A stretch of DNA of 64,000 nt from Fimbriimonadales bacterium (GTDB lineage Bacteria; Armatimonadota; Fimbriimonadia; Fimbriimonadales; ATM1): assembly GCA_051003155.1 (NCBI GenBank), contig JBPCLO010000041.1:1-64000 (forward strand), given 5' to 3'. Positions 20,656 to 29,780 of this stretch are shown here, one piece after another (the stretch's first letter is position 1; every line of letters starts with the position of its first letter). Below the pieces are notes generated by a model. The model was given only the letters and a program-made list of their open reading frames with translations. It did no database searches and was not told the DNA's origin. The translations under genes and the position numbers were made by a program.

Positions 20656-22695
20656 ATGCCTAAAGAGAACGAAAAGCCCCAAGCCGAGCAGTCCGAAAGC
20701 CAGGAAACCGGTAAAATGGGCAAGCAGGTTCAGTCCGATTACACCTCTGAGAACATACAGGTCCTGGAAGGGCTCGAAGCCGTGCGCCAGCGGCCGTCGA
20801 TGTACATCGGCGATACCGGCGCTCGCGGTTTGCACCACCTGTTCAACGAGGTCTTGGACAACTCGATCGACGAGGCTCTCGCCGGGCATTGCGACACGAT
20901 CGTTTGCATTCTCCACGCCGATAACACATTGAGCATTCAGGATAACGGGCGCGGCATCCCGGTGGACATCCACGAAAAGTACGGCGTGTCGGCCTTGCAG
21001 ATCGTAATGTGCACGCTCCACGCCGGTGGCAAATTCGGTGGGGGCGGTTACCATGTTTCCGGCGGGCTCCACGGTGTCGGCGTCTCTTGCGTAAACGCGC
21101 TTTCCGAGTGGTGCGAGGTCACGGTCGAGCGGGGAGGAAAAAAGTATTTCCAAAAGTATCACCGTGGTGCGCCCGAATCCGATGTCAAGGAAATCGGGAC
21201 GACGAAGCGTCGAGGAACCACCACCCGATGGGTGGCTGACTCGACAGTTTTCGAAACCGCGGAGTACGACCCGAAGAGGTTCAAGGAAAGAATTAGAGAA
21301 TTAGCCTACTTAAACCCCGTCGTCACCTTTTATTTCGTTAGCGAGCAGAACGAGGAAGATAACGAGACGTTCCATTTTAGCGACGGAATCAAGGCCCTTG
21401 TCGAGAACGTGAACGAAGCACATGATTCGGTTCACAAAACGATTTATTTCAAGCGGACGAAGGACGATCTTGAAGCGGAAGCGGCTCTACAATATCACTC
21501 CGGTTACAAGGAAACGCTGCTCACTTTTGCGAATAACATCAACACGATCGAAGGTGGCACACATGCAACCGGCGCTAAGACTGCCCTGACGCGAGTAATC
21601 AACGCGTACGCCCGCAAAATGAATTTGCTGAAGGAAAAGGAAGCCAATTTTCTTGGTGAAGATGTGCGGGGCGGCCTGACGATGGTCGTCGCAGTGAAGC
21701 TCCTGCACCCGCAATTCGAGGGCCAAACCAAAACGAAACTCGGAAATAGCGAGGTCGAGGGTCTGGTGAATTCGATCGTAGGCGAATCACTATCGGAGTT
21801 TTTTGACGAGAATCCCGCGGTCGCGAAAAGAATTGTCGAAAAGGCGGTTCTCGAGCAGCGCGCCCGAGAAGCCGCGAGAAAGGCCGCCGAGGCCGTTAAG
21901 CGAAGCGGCGCCGTCGAGTCTTACGGCCTCGCAGGCAAGCTCTCCGATTGCATCGAGAAAGATCCGACGAGAACCGAGCTATTTATCGTCGAGGGTGATT
22001 CCGCGGCCGGTCCTGCGAAGGGTGCCCGCGACCGTCGTACGCAGGCCGTTTTGCCGATCAAGGGCAAAATCCTCAACGTGGAGCGCGCGCGAGTCGACAA
22101 GGCGCTCGACAACGAAGAAATTAAGGCGCTTATTTCCAGCCTCGGAACTGGAATCGACTATTCGATCGGACGAGAACACGACACAAACGGCGATTCGAAC
22201 GGACGCAATGGAGGAGACGGCTTCGACCTCTCGAAGCTCCGCTATGGAAAGGTGATTATTCTGACAGACGCCGATGTCGATGGCGAGCACATCCGCACAC
22301 TTCTCCTCACATTTTTCTATCGGTACATGAAGCCACTGTTGGAAAATGACAAGATCTTCTTGGCCAAGCCGCCTCTGTTTACCATTCAGGCCGGCAAAGA
22401 TGAGCGTTATTATGCGCAGGATGAAGCCGAGCGAGACCAGATCTTGAAGGGCCTCAAAAAAAAGGACGTTCGCGTCACGCGGTTCAAGGGGTTGGGCGAA
22501 ATGGACGCGGAGCAGCTTGAAGAGACTGCAATGAATCCAGTCAGCCGAACGCTCGTACAAATCGGCCTGGACAAGGAAAACGAAGCCGAGACAGAGCGTA
22601 TGTTTTCCAGGTTAATGGGCGAGAAGGTCGAACCACGCCGCGAGTTCATCGAGAAGCACGCCAAGGAAGTTACCGATCTCGACTGGCACTACTAG
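20656..22695 (+). CDS. gyrB: DNA gyrase subunit B
   Basis: RPSMYIG, DNGRGIP, LHAGGKF, EGDSA, PIKGK, DADVDG, RFKGLGEM; start 20656 or 20716; ParE is not fully excluded. Confidence 0.88.
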   Translation: MPKENEKPQAEQSESQETGKMGKQVQSDYTSENIQVLEGLEAVRQRPSMYIGDTGARGLHHLFNEVLDNSIDEALAGHCDTIVCILHADNTLSIQDNGRGIPVDIHEKYGVSALQIVMCTLHAGGKFGGGGYHVSGGLHGVGVSCVNALSEWCEVTVERGGKKYFQKYHRGAPESDVKEIGTTKRRGTTTRWVADSTVFETAEYDPKRFKERIRELAYLNPVVTFYFVSEQNEEDNETFHFSDGIKALVENVNEAHDSVHKTIYFKRTKDDLEAEAALQYHSGYKETLLTFANNINTIEGGTHATGAKTALTRVINAYARKMNLLKEKEANFLGEDVRGGLTMVVAVKLLHPQFEGQTKTKLGNSEVEGLVNSIVGESLSEFFDENPAVAKRIVEKAVLEQRAREAARKAAEAVKRSGAVESYGLAGKLSDCIEKDPTRTELFIVEGDSAAGPAKGARDRRTQAVLPIKGKILNVERARVDKALDNEEIKALISSLGTGIDYSIGREHDTNGDSNGRNGGDGFDLSKLRYGKVIILTDADVDGEHIRTLLLTFFYRYMKPLLENDKIFLAKPPLFTIQAGKDERYYAQDEAERDQILKGLKKKDVRVTRFKGLGEMDAEQLEETAMNPVSRTLVQIGLDKENEAETERMFSRLMGEKVEPRREFIEKHAKEVTDLDWHY

Positions 22696-22720
22696 TTCGA
22701 CTTTGAGGTAGCTTCGCATA

Positions 22721-23167
22721 GTGCCGATAATCGAACTGAGGAATACAATCGACGCGCCGGTCCAGCGGGTGGTAGAAATCGCGCGCGACGTGGAGCGCTT
22801 CTCCGAGTTCATGCCCGACGTGAAATCTGTCAAGATCATCGACCAGAGCGATGACGGGACGACGCAACAGACCGAGTGGGTGGGGATCATCAAGCAGTTT
22901 TCACGTGAAATCGCATGGACCCAAGAGGACGTTTGGCACGAGGACGCAAACCGCATCGATTTCCATCAGGTCAAAGGAGATTACGACAAGATGGAGGGCT
23001 ACTGGCAGTTCAACGAAGTGGGCGGCAAGACTGAGTTCGTCAACTATCTGGATTACGAATACAAAGTTCCGCTGCTCGGAGCGCTCGTCACGAAGGTCGT
23101 GGATTTCCTGGTTAGGCAAAACCTGAACAGCATAATGGACGGCATCGAGAAGCGCTCGACCCGCTAA
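22721..23167 (+). CDS. SRPBCC/START (polyketide cyclase/Coq10-like) protein
   Basis: IDAPVQRV..DVERFSEFMPDV..GDYDKMEGYW pattern. Confidence 0.8.
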   Translation: MPIIELRNTIDAPVQRVVEIARDVERFSEFMPDVKSVKIIDQSDDGTTQQTEWVGIIKQFSREIAWTQEDVWHEDANRIDFHQVKGDYDKMEGYWQFNEVGGKTEFVNYLDYEYKVPLLGALVTKVVDFLVRQNLNSIMDGIEKRSTR

Positions 23168-25725
23168 CCCTCCGTCTCAAGCCAATTGGGTCCAAGGCTG
23201 GCGTCGACCTCGACCGGAACGTCGAGCGGTAATGCCGTTTCCATCGCCTCCTTAAGCTGCGGAACCAGGTCCTCTTCGCCGGCGGCCAGCTCGAACAGCA
23301 GCTCGTCGTGCACCTGCAGGATCATCCGCGTACTCTTCGACTCAAGTAATGGGCGGATTTTGATCATCGCCAGCTTGATCATGTCCGCGGACCCGCCCTG
23401 CAGGGGTGCGTTCATCGCCTGCCTCTCGGCGTAGTGCCTCGCCATGCGATTGCCGGCATAGATGTCTTGGAAATAACGCCGCCTGCCACAAATGGTGGCG
23501 GTAAAACCCTTGGATCGAGCCTCCTCCAGAGTTGTGTCGATGTACTCGCGCACCTTCGGAAACCGCTCGAAGTAGTTCGCAATCAGCGTCTTGGCCTCAG
23601 AAATCGTGAATTCACCGCCCAGTTGGTTCGCCAATCCGAAATCGGTCACGCCGTAGAGAACCGCGTAGTTCAGCATCTTCGAGTACCGCCTGTGCTCGCG
23701 GTTCACGTTGCCCACAGGCTCGTTCCACATAAGCGACGCAGTAACTGCGTGCACATCGGTACCGGATTCGAATGCCTTGACCAGTGCCGGCTCGGCGCAA
23801 TGGTGCGCCAGAAAACGAAGCTCGATTTGCGAATAATCCAGCGAGGCGAGTTTGTAGCCCGGCGCGGGGATGAACGCCCGCCGGATCTCGCGACCCGTCT
23901 CGGTCCGAATCGGAATGTTCTGCAGGTTTGGATAGTTGCTGCTTAGGCGGCCCGTAGCGGCCACGTGCTGCGCATAGGTCGTGTGAATCCGCCCGTCCCC
24001 GGCAACGTACTTCGGCAGCGAATCGGCGTAGGTGTTTTTCAGCTTGGAAAGCTCCCGCCAGTTTAGTATCTCGCGGCATATGTCATGTTCTGGAGCGAGC
24101 TGCTGCAAAACCTCGACCCCCGTCGCGTATCCTGTCTTCGTCTTCTTCCCTGAAGGAATGCACAGCTTGTCGAACAAGATCTTGCCGAGCTGCATCGGCG
24201 AGCCTATGTTGAACGTTTCTCCCGCGAGTTCATAGACGAGTTGCTCGATCTGGCCGATCTGCACCGACAGGCTCTTGCCGAACTCTTCGAGCATGCCGAC
24301 ATCCACCGCTACGCCCGTGTTTTCCATCTCTGCGATGACTGGCACCAGGGGCAGCTCGATGCCCGCGTAGACCTTCCATTGGTCTTCCAAATGCAGCCGG
24401 TCGGTCAGAGGCTTCTCCAGCCGCGAAATAGCCGAAGCTTTTTCGGCAGGGGTCTGCGGCGGTTGCTCCTCCAAGTAGCCCTGCGCCAGATCCTCGATCA
24501 CATAGTTCGAGCGCGCGCTTTGAAGCACATAGGCGGAAAGGATCGCGTCGAACCCCGGAACTACATAGCTCGCCGCCTTGCGAAGCATCGCCTTCGAGTC
24601 GTGAAACGCCAGTTCGCCCCCGCGCTCGGCTACCAAACGCGACAACGATTTCGGCTCGACCTCCAGCGCTTCCAAGCCCACGGCTACCGCTGCACCTTCC
24701 GTATCCTCGAACGCAGCGGCGTGCCGGTCCCCGATCCAAGCTATCACGTCCTCGTACGATGCCACGCGCCCCACCGAGACCTTGGCCTTCTCGATCTCGA
24801 CCGAGACCGGCTCCTCGGAGAAGAGATTCGGCTGGCCGCCCTGGCGGTAGGGGCCTAGAACGAGCGGCAGCCGCTTCGTGTGCATCCGAAACTCCAGGCT
24901 CTCGAGCATTCGCTGCGCCGCGTCGATCTGCGTGTCGGCGACGCCGTACGGCTGGTAGTCAAACGTTACCGGTGCGTCGCGCACGATAGTCGCCAGCCAC
25001 TTGGACCGAGGCATCTGCCCGAGGCTCGGCTCCAGTTTCTTTCGGACTTTCTCGTCGATCTCGTCGTACCGGTCGATCATCTGTTCGATCGTCCCGAAGT
25101 CCTGGATCAGCTTGCTCGCGGTTTTCGGACCGACGCCGGGGACGCCGGGAATATTGTCGCTGCTGTCGCCGACGAGCGCCTTGTAATCGGGCAACAGCTC
25201 AGGCCCGAAGCCGTATCGCTCGATCACTGCGGGAACGTCGTAGTAGACCACGTCGGTCACGCCGGTCCGCGTCGTCATGACCGTCACGCACGCGTCGACG
25301 AGCTGCAGAGAATCGAGGTCGCCGGTCACGACGACGCTGTCGTAGCCGTTCTTCTCGGCGTCCAGCGTGACGGTGCCGATGATGTCGTCGGCCTCGAAAC
25401 CGGCTAGCTCCAGCTGCGGGATTCCGAGGGCGGTAATCAGCTCGCGCGAGCCGGCGAGTTGCGCGCTCAGCTCGTCCGGGGCCTTGGCCCGCGTGCCCTT
25501 ATACTCGGCGTACTCCTCGTCGCGGAACGTCTTGCCGGGCGCGTCGAAGGCGACGAGAATGCTGTCGGGCCGCTCGTTTTCCAGGATGTTGTAGAGCATG
25601 CTCACGAGGCCGAACAGCGCGTTCGTCGGCCGGCCGTCGCTGGTGCTGAGATACCGCGTGCCGAAAAACGCCCGAAACAGCAGGCTGTATCCATCGATGA
25701 CGACGAGCTTCTTGTTCTTGGGCAC
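23164..25725 (-). CDS. polA: DNA polymerase I
   Basis: 5'-3' exonuclease IDGYSLLFRAF, EADD; polymerase TGRLSS, DYSQIELR, QVHDEL; reduced proofreading domain. Confidence 0.96.
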   Translation of the reverse strand: MPKNKKLVVIDGYSLLFRAFFGTRYLSTSDGRPTNALFGLVSMLYNILENERPDSILVAFDAPGKTFRDEEYAEYKGTRAKAPDELSAQLAGSRELITALGIPQLELAGFEADDIIGTVTLDAEKNGYDSVVVTGDLDSLQLVDACVTVMTTRTGVTDVVYYDVPAVIERYGFGPELLPDYKALVGDSSDNIPGVPGVGPKTASKLIQDFGTIEQMIDRYDEIDEKVRKKLEPSLGQMPRSKWLATIVRDAPVTFDYQPYGVADTQIDAAQRMLESLEFRMHTKRLPLVLGPYRQGGQPNLFSEEPVSVEIEKAKVSVGRVASYEDVIAWIGDRHAAAFEDTEGAAVAVGLEALEVEPKSLSRLVAERGGELAFHDSKAMLRKAASYVVPGFDAILSAYVLQSARSNYVIEDLAQGYLEEQPPQTPAEKASAISRLEKPLTDRLHLEDQWKVYAGIELPLVPVIAEMENTGVAVDVGMLEEFGKSLSVQIGQIEQLVYELAGETFNIGSPMQLGKILFDKLCIPSGKKTKTGYATGVEVLQQLAPEHDICREILNWRELSKLKNTYADSLPKYVAGDGRIHTTYAQHVAATGRLSSNYPNLQNIPIRTETGREIRRAFIPAPGYKLASLDYSQIELRFLAHHCAEPALVKAFESGTDVHAVTASLMWNEPVGNVNREHRRYSKMLNYAVLYGVTDFGLANQLGGEFTISEAKTLIANYFERFPKVREYIDTTLEEARSKGFTATICGRRRYFQDIYAGNRMARHYAERQAMNAPLQGGSADMIKLAMIKIRPLLESKSTRMILQVHDELLFELAAGEEDLVPQLKEAMETALPLDVPVEVDASLGPNWLETEG

Positions 25726-25784
25726 GGCTTCGGGGAATCTTACCTACGGAGGTCGAGTCGTCCTCGCGAGACCTTAACTTCGCG

Positions 25785-25996
25785 CTAGCGCCTGCGCGTG
25801 GGCCAGAGGAAGTGAATAGACACACCGGCAAGGACGGCCAGAAAGCCACGGGTGCAAATCAGCCGCTGCCCCCACGGCTGATCAATCCTTTTCAAGCCGA
25901 ATGCCATAAGACCAGGGCCCACGCTGACGAGTACGCTGCCTACACGAGTACGCTGCCTACGATGATGGCGGGCCAATTGACCTCTTTCCTGTCCAC
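25785..25996 (-). pseudogene. Small two-TM membrane protein frameshifted by a 17-nt tandem duplication
   Basis: Removing one ACGAGTACGCTGCCTAC copy restores a 64-aa ORF MDRKEVNWPAIIVGSVLVSVGPGLMAFG...FLAVLAGVSIHFLWPTRRR. Confidence 0.5.
25927..25960. repeat. Perfect 17-nt tandem duplication
   Basis: ACGAGTACGCTGCCTAC x2 (25927-25943, 25944-25960). Confidence 0.95.
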
Positions 25997-26347
25997 CTAC
26001 GGAGTCGTCGACACCTGCACGATGTCGGACCAGTCGCCGATCGGGGTGTCGCCGTCCAGGTACCGAGCGCGGTACTTGCGAACCTCCGACTGGCCCGCGA
26101 CGAGCGGGGGCCGCGTGTCGATATACGGAGCAAACGCGTCGTTCCCGAGAACCGTCCACCCGGTCTCGCCGCCGCGCTGGCTCTCAATCTGTATGCCGTC
26201 GTAGTTCTGCTTGCTGAACCCCACCGCGACCTCGCTGTTAGGCCCCGCGGCAGCCTTCAGCTCGAGCGGGTCCGTGCCGGGGACGCTGGCGGGCGATTCG
26301 ATGCCCACGAACGCACCTTCCGCTCTGGGGAGCCATAAAGTAGCCAT
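25997..26347 (-). CDS. Hypothetical protein; probable C-terminal beta-sandwich fragment
   Basis: YIDTRPPLVAGQSEVRKYRARYLDGDTPIGDWSD resembles the C-terminus of longer hypothetical proteins (recollection); start uncertain. Confidence 0.5.
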   Translation of the reverse strand: MATLWLPRAEGAFVGIESPASVPGTDPLELKAAAGPNSEVAVGFSKQNYDGIQIESQRGGETGWTVLGNDAFAPYIDTRPPLVAGQSEVRKYRARYLDGDTPIGDWSDIVQVSTTP

Positions 26348-26430
26348 GCGCACAGTATGGCCCATCCAACAGCCTGGCGCAGGGGCCCGTCCCCTCGCCA
26401 CAACGGATAGAAACCGCGCCTACGACCCGA

Positions 26431-26850
26431 TTAGGCGAAGCCCCTCAGCGGGTCCTGAGGATCAATTGGCCGCTGAATCACCCAGTCAGCTCCGGACATC
26501 CAAGCTCCTTCAACGGCCGCGTCGCTAGCCTCAACGACGGTGACAACAGTGGGCCTGGGCACAGGCCAATGCATATCTAAACGCTTGCAGATCGCCGGAT
26601 CGTCAGTAAGCACCACGTCGCAGCGCATCCCCCCGGCCAAGAAGATATCCAACAAGCCTCCACAGTCGGTCGTTTCCCATCCGAGTCTATGGAAAGCGTG
26701 GATAAATGCGGCTACTTCAAAGTGTTCTAGGAGATCGACGAGGATCGATCGCTGGCCATGTTCGCCTGGCTCACCAAGGGCGATCCGCAGCTTTGGCGGA
26801 GGAACGCGGCGCTCTCCTAGAGGTTCAGGCTCTGGCCCGGAGTTCACCAC
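26431..26850 (-). CDS. Hypothetical protein with a degenerate receiver-like C-terminus
   Basis: DVVLTD ... AWMSGADWVIQRP resembles REC beta3 and alpha4-beta5; start uncertain. Confidence 0.4.
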   Translation of the reverse strand: MVNSGPEPEPLGERRVPPPKLRIALGEPGEHGQRSILVDLLEHFEVAAFIHAFHRLGWETTDCGGLLDIFLAGGMRCDVVLTDDPAICKRLDMHWPVPRPTVVTVVEASDAAVEGAWMSGADWVIQRPIDPQDPLRGFA

Positions 26851-27141
26851 CTCATTATGAATCCTGACGGCGGTCTTGACGCGGGGCGCGCGGGAGTGCC
26901 CCATGAGATTGGACTTTGAAGCTCGCCAGACCGCCTAATTGGGCCAGCAAATTTAAGGGCGACGACCAGGCACGTTGGGCCGTGCGGACTTCGGAGACGA
27001 CATCCCTGAGATTCGGGCGCCGGATCGGGTTGCGATCGGAAATGGGTTGCCCGATTTCAGGGGCACCCCCGGAAATCTTGGCTATCTGAAGCTGCGCCCT
27101 CCAGGGGCTGCCGACCGGTATCGGTATACTCCACTCCCGGC

Positions 27142-27227
27142 GCCGAAGTGGCGGAATGGCAGACGCGGCGGTCTCAAAAACCGTTGGGGGCAACCCCGTG
27201 CGGGTTCGACTCCCGCCTTCGGCACCA
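27142..27227 (+). tRNA. tRNA-Leu(CAA)
   Basis: GCCGAAG/CTTCGGC acceptor stem, CAA anticodon (CTCAAAA loop), long variable arm, GGTTCGACTCC, encoded CCA; TATACT -10 upstream. Confidence 0.97.
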
Positions 27228-27349
27228 GAGCATCCTGCATTTGTGGGAGAATCCTGATACAATCTCGACCGGCGCTAACTTTCATTGCGGGGGATTGCGT
27301 CATTCGATTAGTCCGAGTGCCACGAAGCATTGCGAACTGCGACCGAACA

Positions 27350-28042
27350 ATGCTGACATCTGCGGTTCCGGCCCTGGTCTTGCTCATCGGTTCACCCAGC
27401 GAACCGATGCCGCGCTACGCCGACGCGTCTTTCTTGGATTACTACGCCCAAGCAGTCGCATCCGAGAAGACCGAGCCCCGCAAAGCGCTCGCGATGCTCG
27501 AGCTCATGCTGATCCCGCAGGATTCTGCGGTGGCGCCCGATTACTCGGCTGTTCCCGAGCACTTGCGCTCGAATTACGCGGCCGCGGTCGATAGAGCCCT
27601 CGGCCTATGGGGGGACGCCTTGGGCGAGGATTTCCCGATGTACCTTGCTTCCCAATCATGGGGCGAGTCAGCTTTCACCCTCAAATTCGTCGATCATATC
27701 GCGGGCGGCCCAAACGACCAAAAGGGCGAGATCTTCGTGAAGCGCAAGGTCCGCTGGGGTCGCGACTTCCACTTCGGCGAAGTGACGGGCTCGCTCACGG
27801 TAGTCAAGTTCGGAATCCGCAACGAGTTCATGAGCGGAAAAGAGGTTCAGCACGTCGTGGCTCACGAGTTGGGCCACGCGTTCGGCCTTGCCGACTGCGA
27901 CGATTTGAACCGGATAATGGGCCCGGTCGTGCTCGGAAACCCGTTCGCGCGGCTTCATCCTGACGAGGTCGCAAAGGTCAGGTCCATTCGCGCGGCGATC
28001 CGGTCGGAAATATCCCTTCTAAAGAAGCGCGTACTACCGTAA
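27350..28042 (+). CDS. Secreted metzincin (matrixin-like) metalloprotease
   Basis: HELGHAFGLAD plus Met-turn RIMGP; hydrophobic N-terminus. Confidence 0.75.
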   Translation: MLTSAVPALVLLIGSPSEPMPRYADASFLDYYAQAVASEKTEPRKALAMLELMLIPQDSAVAPDYSAVPEHLRSNYAAAVDRALGLWGDALGEDFPMYLASQSWGESAFTLKFVDHIAGGPNDQKGEIFVKRKVRWGRDFHFGEVTGSLTVVKFGIRNEFMSGKEVQHVVAHELGHAFGLADCDDLNRIMGPVVLGNPFARLHPDEVAKVRSIRAAIRSEISLLKKRVLP

Positions 28043-28162
28043 CGTGAACGGGGGCGGAACGTCCGCATTCTAAGGAAACATCGGTTGCGTAAACCGGGGA
28101 TTTGTCGTACAATTAACATAGCGCTCCGCCAGTTTGCGCGGCGGGGGCGCAGGAGGATTCAG

Positions 28163-29581
28163 ATGAAACGCGTTTTGGTTGTTATGGCTACGGCTGCGCT
28201 GGGCTTTTCGATGGTCGGCGCGCAAAGCCCCGGTCGGGAGCACGAGAAGGGTAGTCCGACCACGCAGGGAACACCCCAATCGATGCCTCAGGCGCCGGGC
28301 GCACGGACGGCACCGCCTCCGCGCCGGCAAGCAGGAGCGCCGACGCGAACCGCGCAGCCTCCGTCTCGCAGGCAACAGGGAGCGCCGACGCGAACCGCCC
28401 CGCCTTCGTCTCGGGGACAGCAAGGGGAGGCGGCCCACTCATCGCGACGCCAAGACCTGACTCCGGCACGAACAGCGCCCCCGCAAAGGCAGGATACGCC
28501 TCCGTCGAGAACGGCCGCTCCGCCCAGGCAGGACGCGCCTCCTTCGAGGACGGCTCCTCCTCCCCCTGCGAGAGATGACAATCCGACTTACTTCCCCAGG
28601 CGTCAAGACGGCTCGCCGACGCGCAACGACCCCCCCGCTACCGGCGGCGGATACTACGAGAACCCGGGCCCGCGAAGGGGTCAAGGCTCCGTTGTGAGCC
28701 CACCAGGCAGAAAGCAGCGAGGCGAGGGCGGCCAACCGACCTTCAAGTCGCGCACCGGCGGCGGCCAACGTGCCGGCGGCCAAATCAACAACATCCTTCC
28801 GACCGACCCGCGCGGGAAAACTTTCTTTGGCCAGATGGGTCCCAAGTCGATACCGGGCTTGATCAAGCCGATCAAGAACCCTAGCGGCACGTTCTTCTTC
28901 GGCCAAGTTGGGCCGCTGAACAACTATCACCATGGGCTCAGATTCGGCTACTGTCACTATTACCCATGGTGGAGTGACTGGTACTTCGGCTACGCCTATT
29001 ACATCTTCAACCCGATTCCGTGGCAGTGCGTGTTCTCACCGTACTACTATTACCATTGCGTGCCCGGCTACTTGCCGTTTCGCAGGGTGTGGTGTGGCAA
29101 CTACACGGTCCTCTACATAGTGGGCGATCCGTTCGGTTGGAACTATTGCGGCCGAGGCTATGGCTACGGGTTCTATAACGCAAGCTACAACTCGGGCTAC
29201 AACTCGGCAAACACATCCGCCCTCGATCGCGCCCTCAGCGACCTGACGGACGCCTTCAAGTACGGTGACGCCACGCTGCTTGACCGTCTCGTCCCGCGAG
29301 GCGGCAGCATCGAGATCTTCATTGACGGCGAATACAGCTACACGGTCAACGCGAACGAGTACTACGACATTACGGCAGACCTGCTCGAAGGCGTGAACAC
29401 GAGCGACTTCCAGATCGTCGACGTTCGACGCGTCCGGGATGGTGGATTCTACGTCACAGCTCGACACGACTACCTCGACGCATGGAACACGCGCCAGACC
29501 AACTGGCTCACGTTTACCTTGCAAGAACAGGCCAACTGGTACGCGATCACACAGGCAGGCACAAGCCGGAGTCGCCCCTAA
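28163..29581 (+). CDS. Secreted protein: Pro/Arg-rich repeats, Tyr/Trp-rich segment, NTF2-like C-terminus
   Basis: AGGAGG RBS, signal peptide, repeated RTAPP units, YYPWWSDWYFGYAYY region. Confidence 0.7.
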   Translation: MKRVLVVMATAALGFSMVGAQSPGREHEKGSPTTQGTPQSMPQAPGARTAPPPRRQAGAPTRTAQPPSRRQQGAPTRTAPPSSRGQQGEAAHSSRRQDLTPARTAPPQRQDTPPSRTAAPPRQDAPPSRTAPPPPARDDNPTYFPRRQDGSPTRNDPPATGGGYYENPGPRRGQGSVVSPPGRKQRGEGGQPTFKSRTGGGQRAGGQINNILPTDPRGKTFFGQMGPKSIPGLIKPIKNPSGTFFFGQVGPLNNYHHGLRFGYCHYYPWWSDWYFGYAYYIFNPIPWQCVFSPYYYYHCVPGYLPFRRVWCGNYTVLYIVGDPFGWNYCGRGYGYGFYNASYNSGYNSANTSALDRALSDLTDAFKYGDATLLDRLVPRGGSIEIFIDGEYSYTVNANEYYDITADLLEGVNTSDFQIVDVRRVRDGGFYVTARHDYLDAWNTRQTNWLTFTLQEQANWYAITQAGTSRSRP

Positions 29582-29600
29582 GGGCTCTCATCCTAAACAA

Positions 29601-29632
29601 AAACCGCGGCCCGCAAAAGGCCGCGGTTTGCA
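29601..29632. terminator. Intrinsic terminator
   Basis: AAACCGCGGCCC-GCAAAA-GGGCCGCGGTTT hairpin just after the stop. Confidence 0.75.
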
Positions 29633-29780
29633 TTTAAGCCGCCAAGAAGCCAATAAACGCCGCACGGAGCTTCATTGGGGTCGGACGTGAGGACAAGCGA
29701 AGGCCCACCAAGCACAAACGGAGTCCCTCGGAGCAACCTTCGCCGGCTCGTCACGCTCAAAGTCCAGTATCATATATTCA

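Noticed and set aside
27142..27350. Genomic island integrated at tRNA-Leu
   Set aside because: No integrase and no duplicated tRNA 3' end seen in the window.
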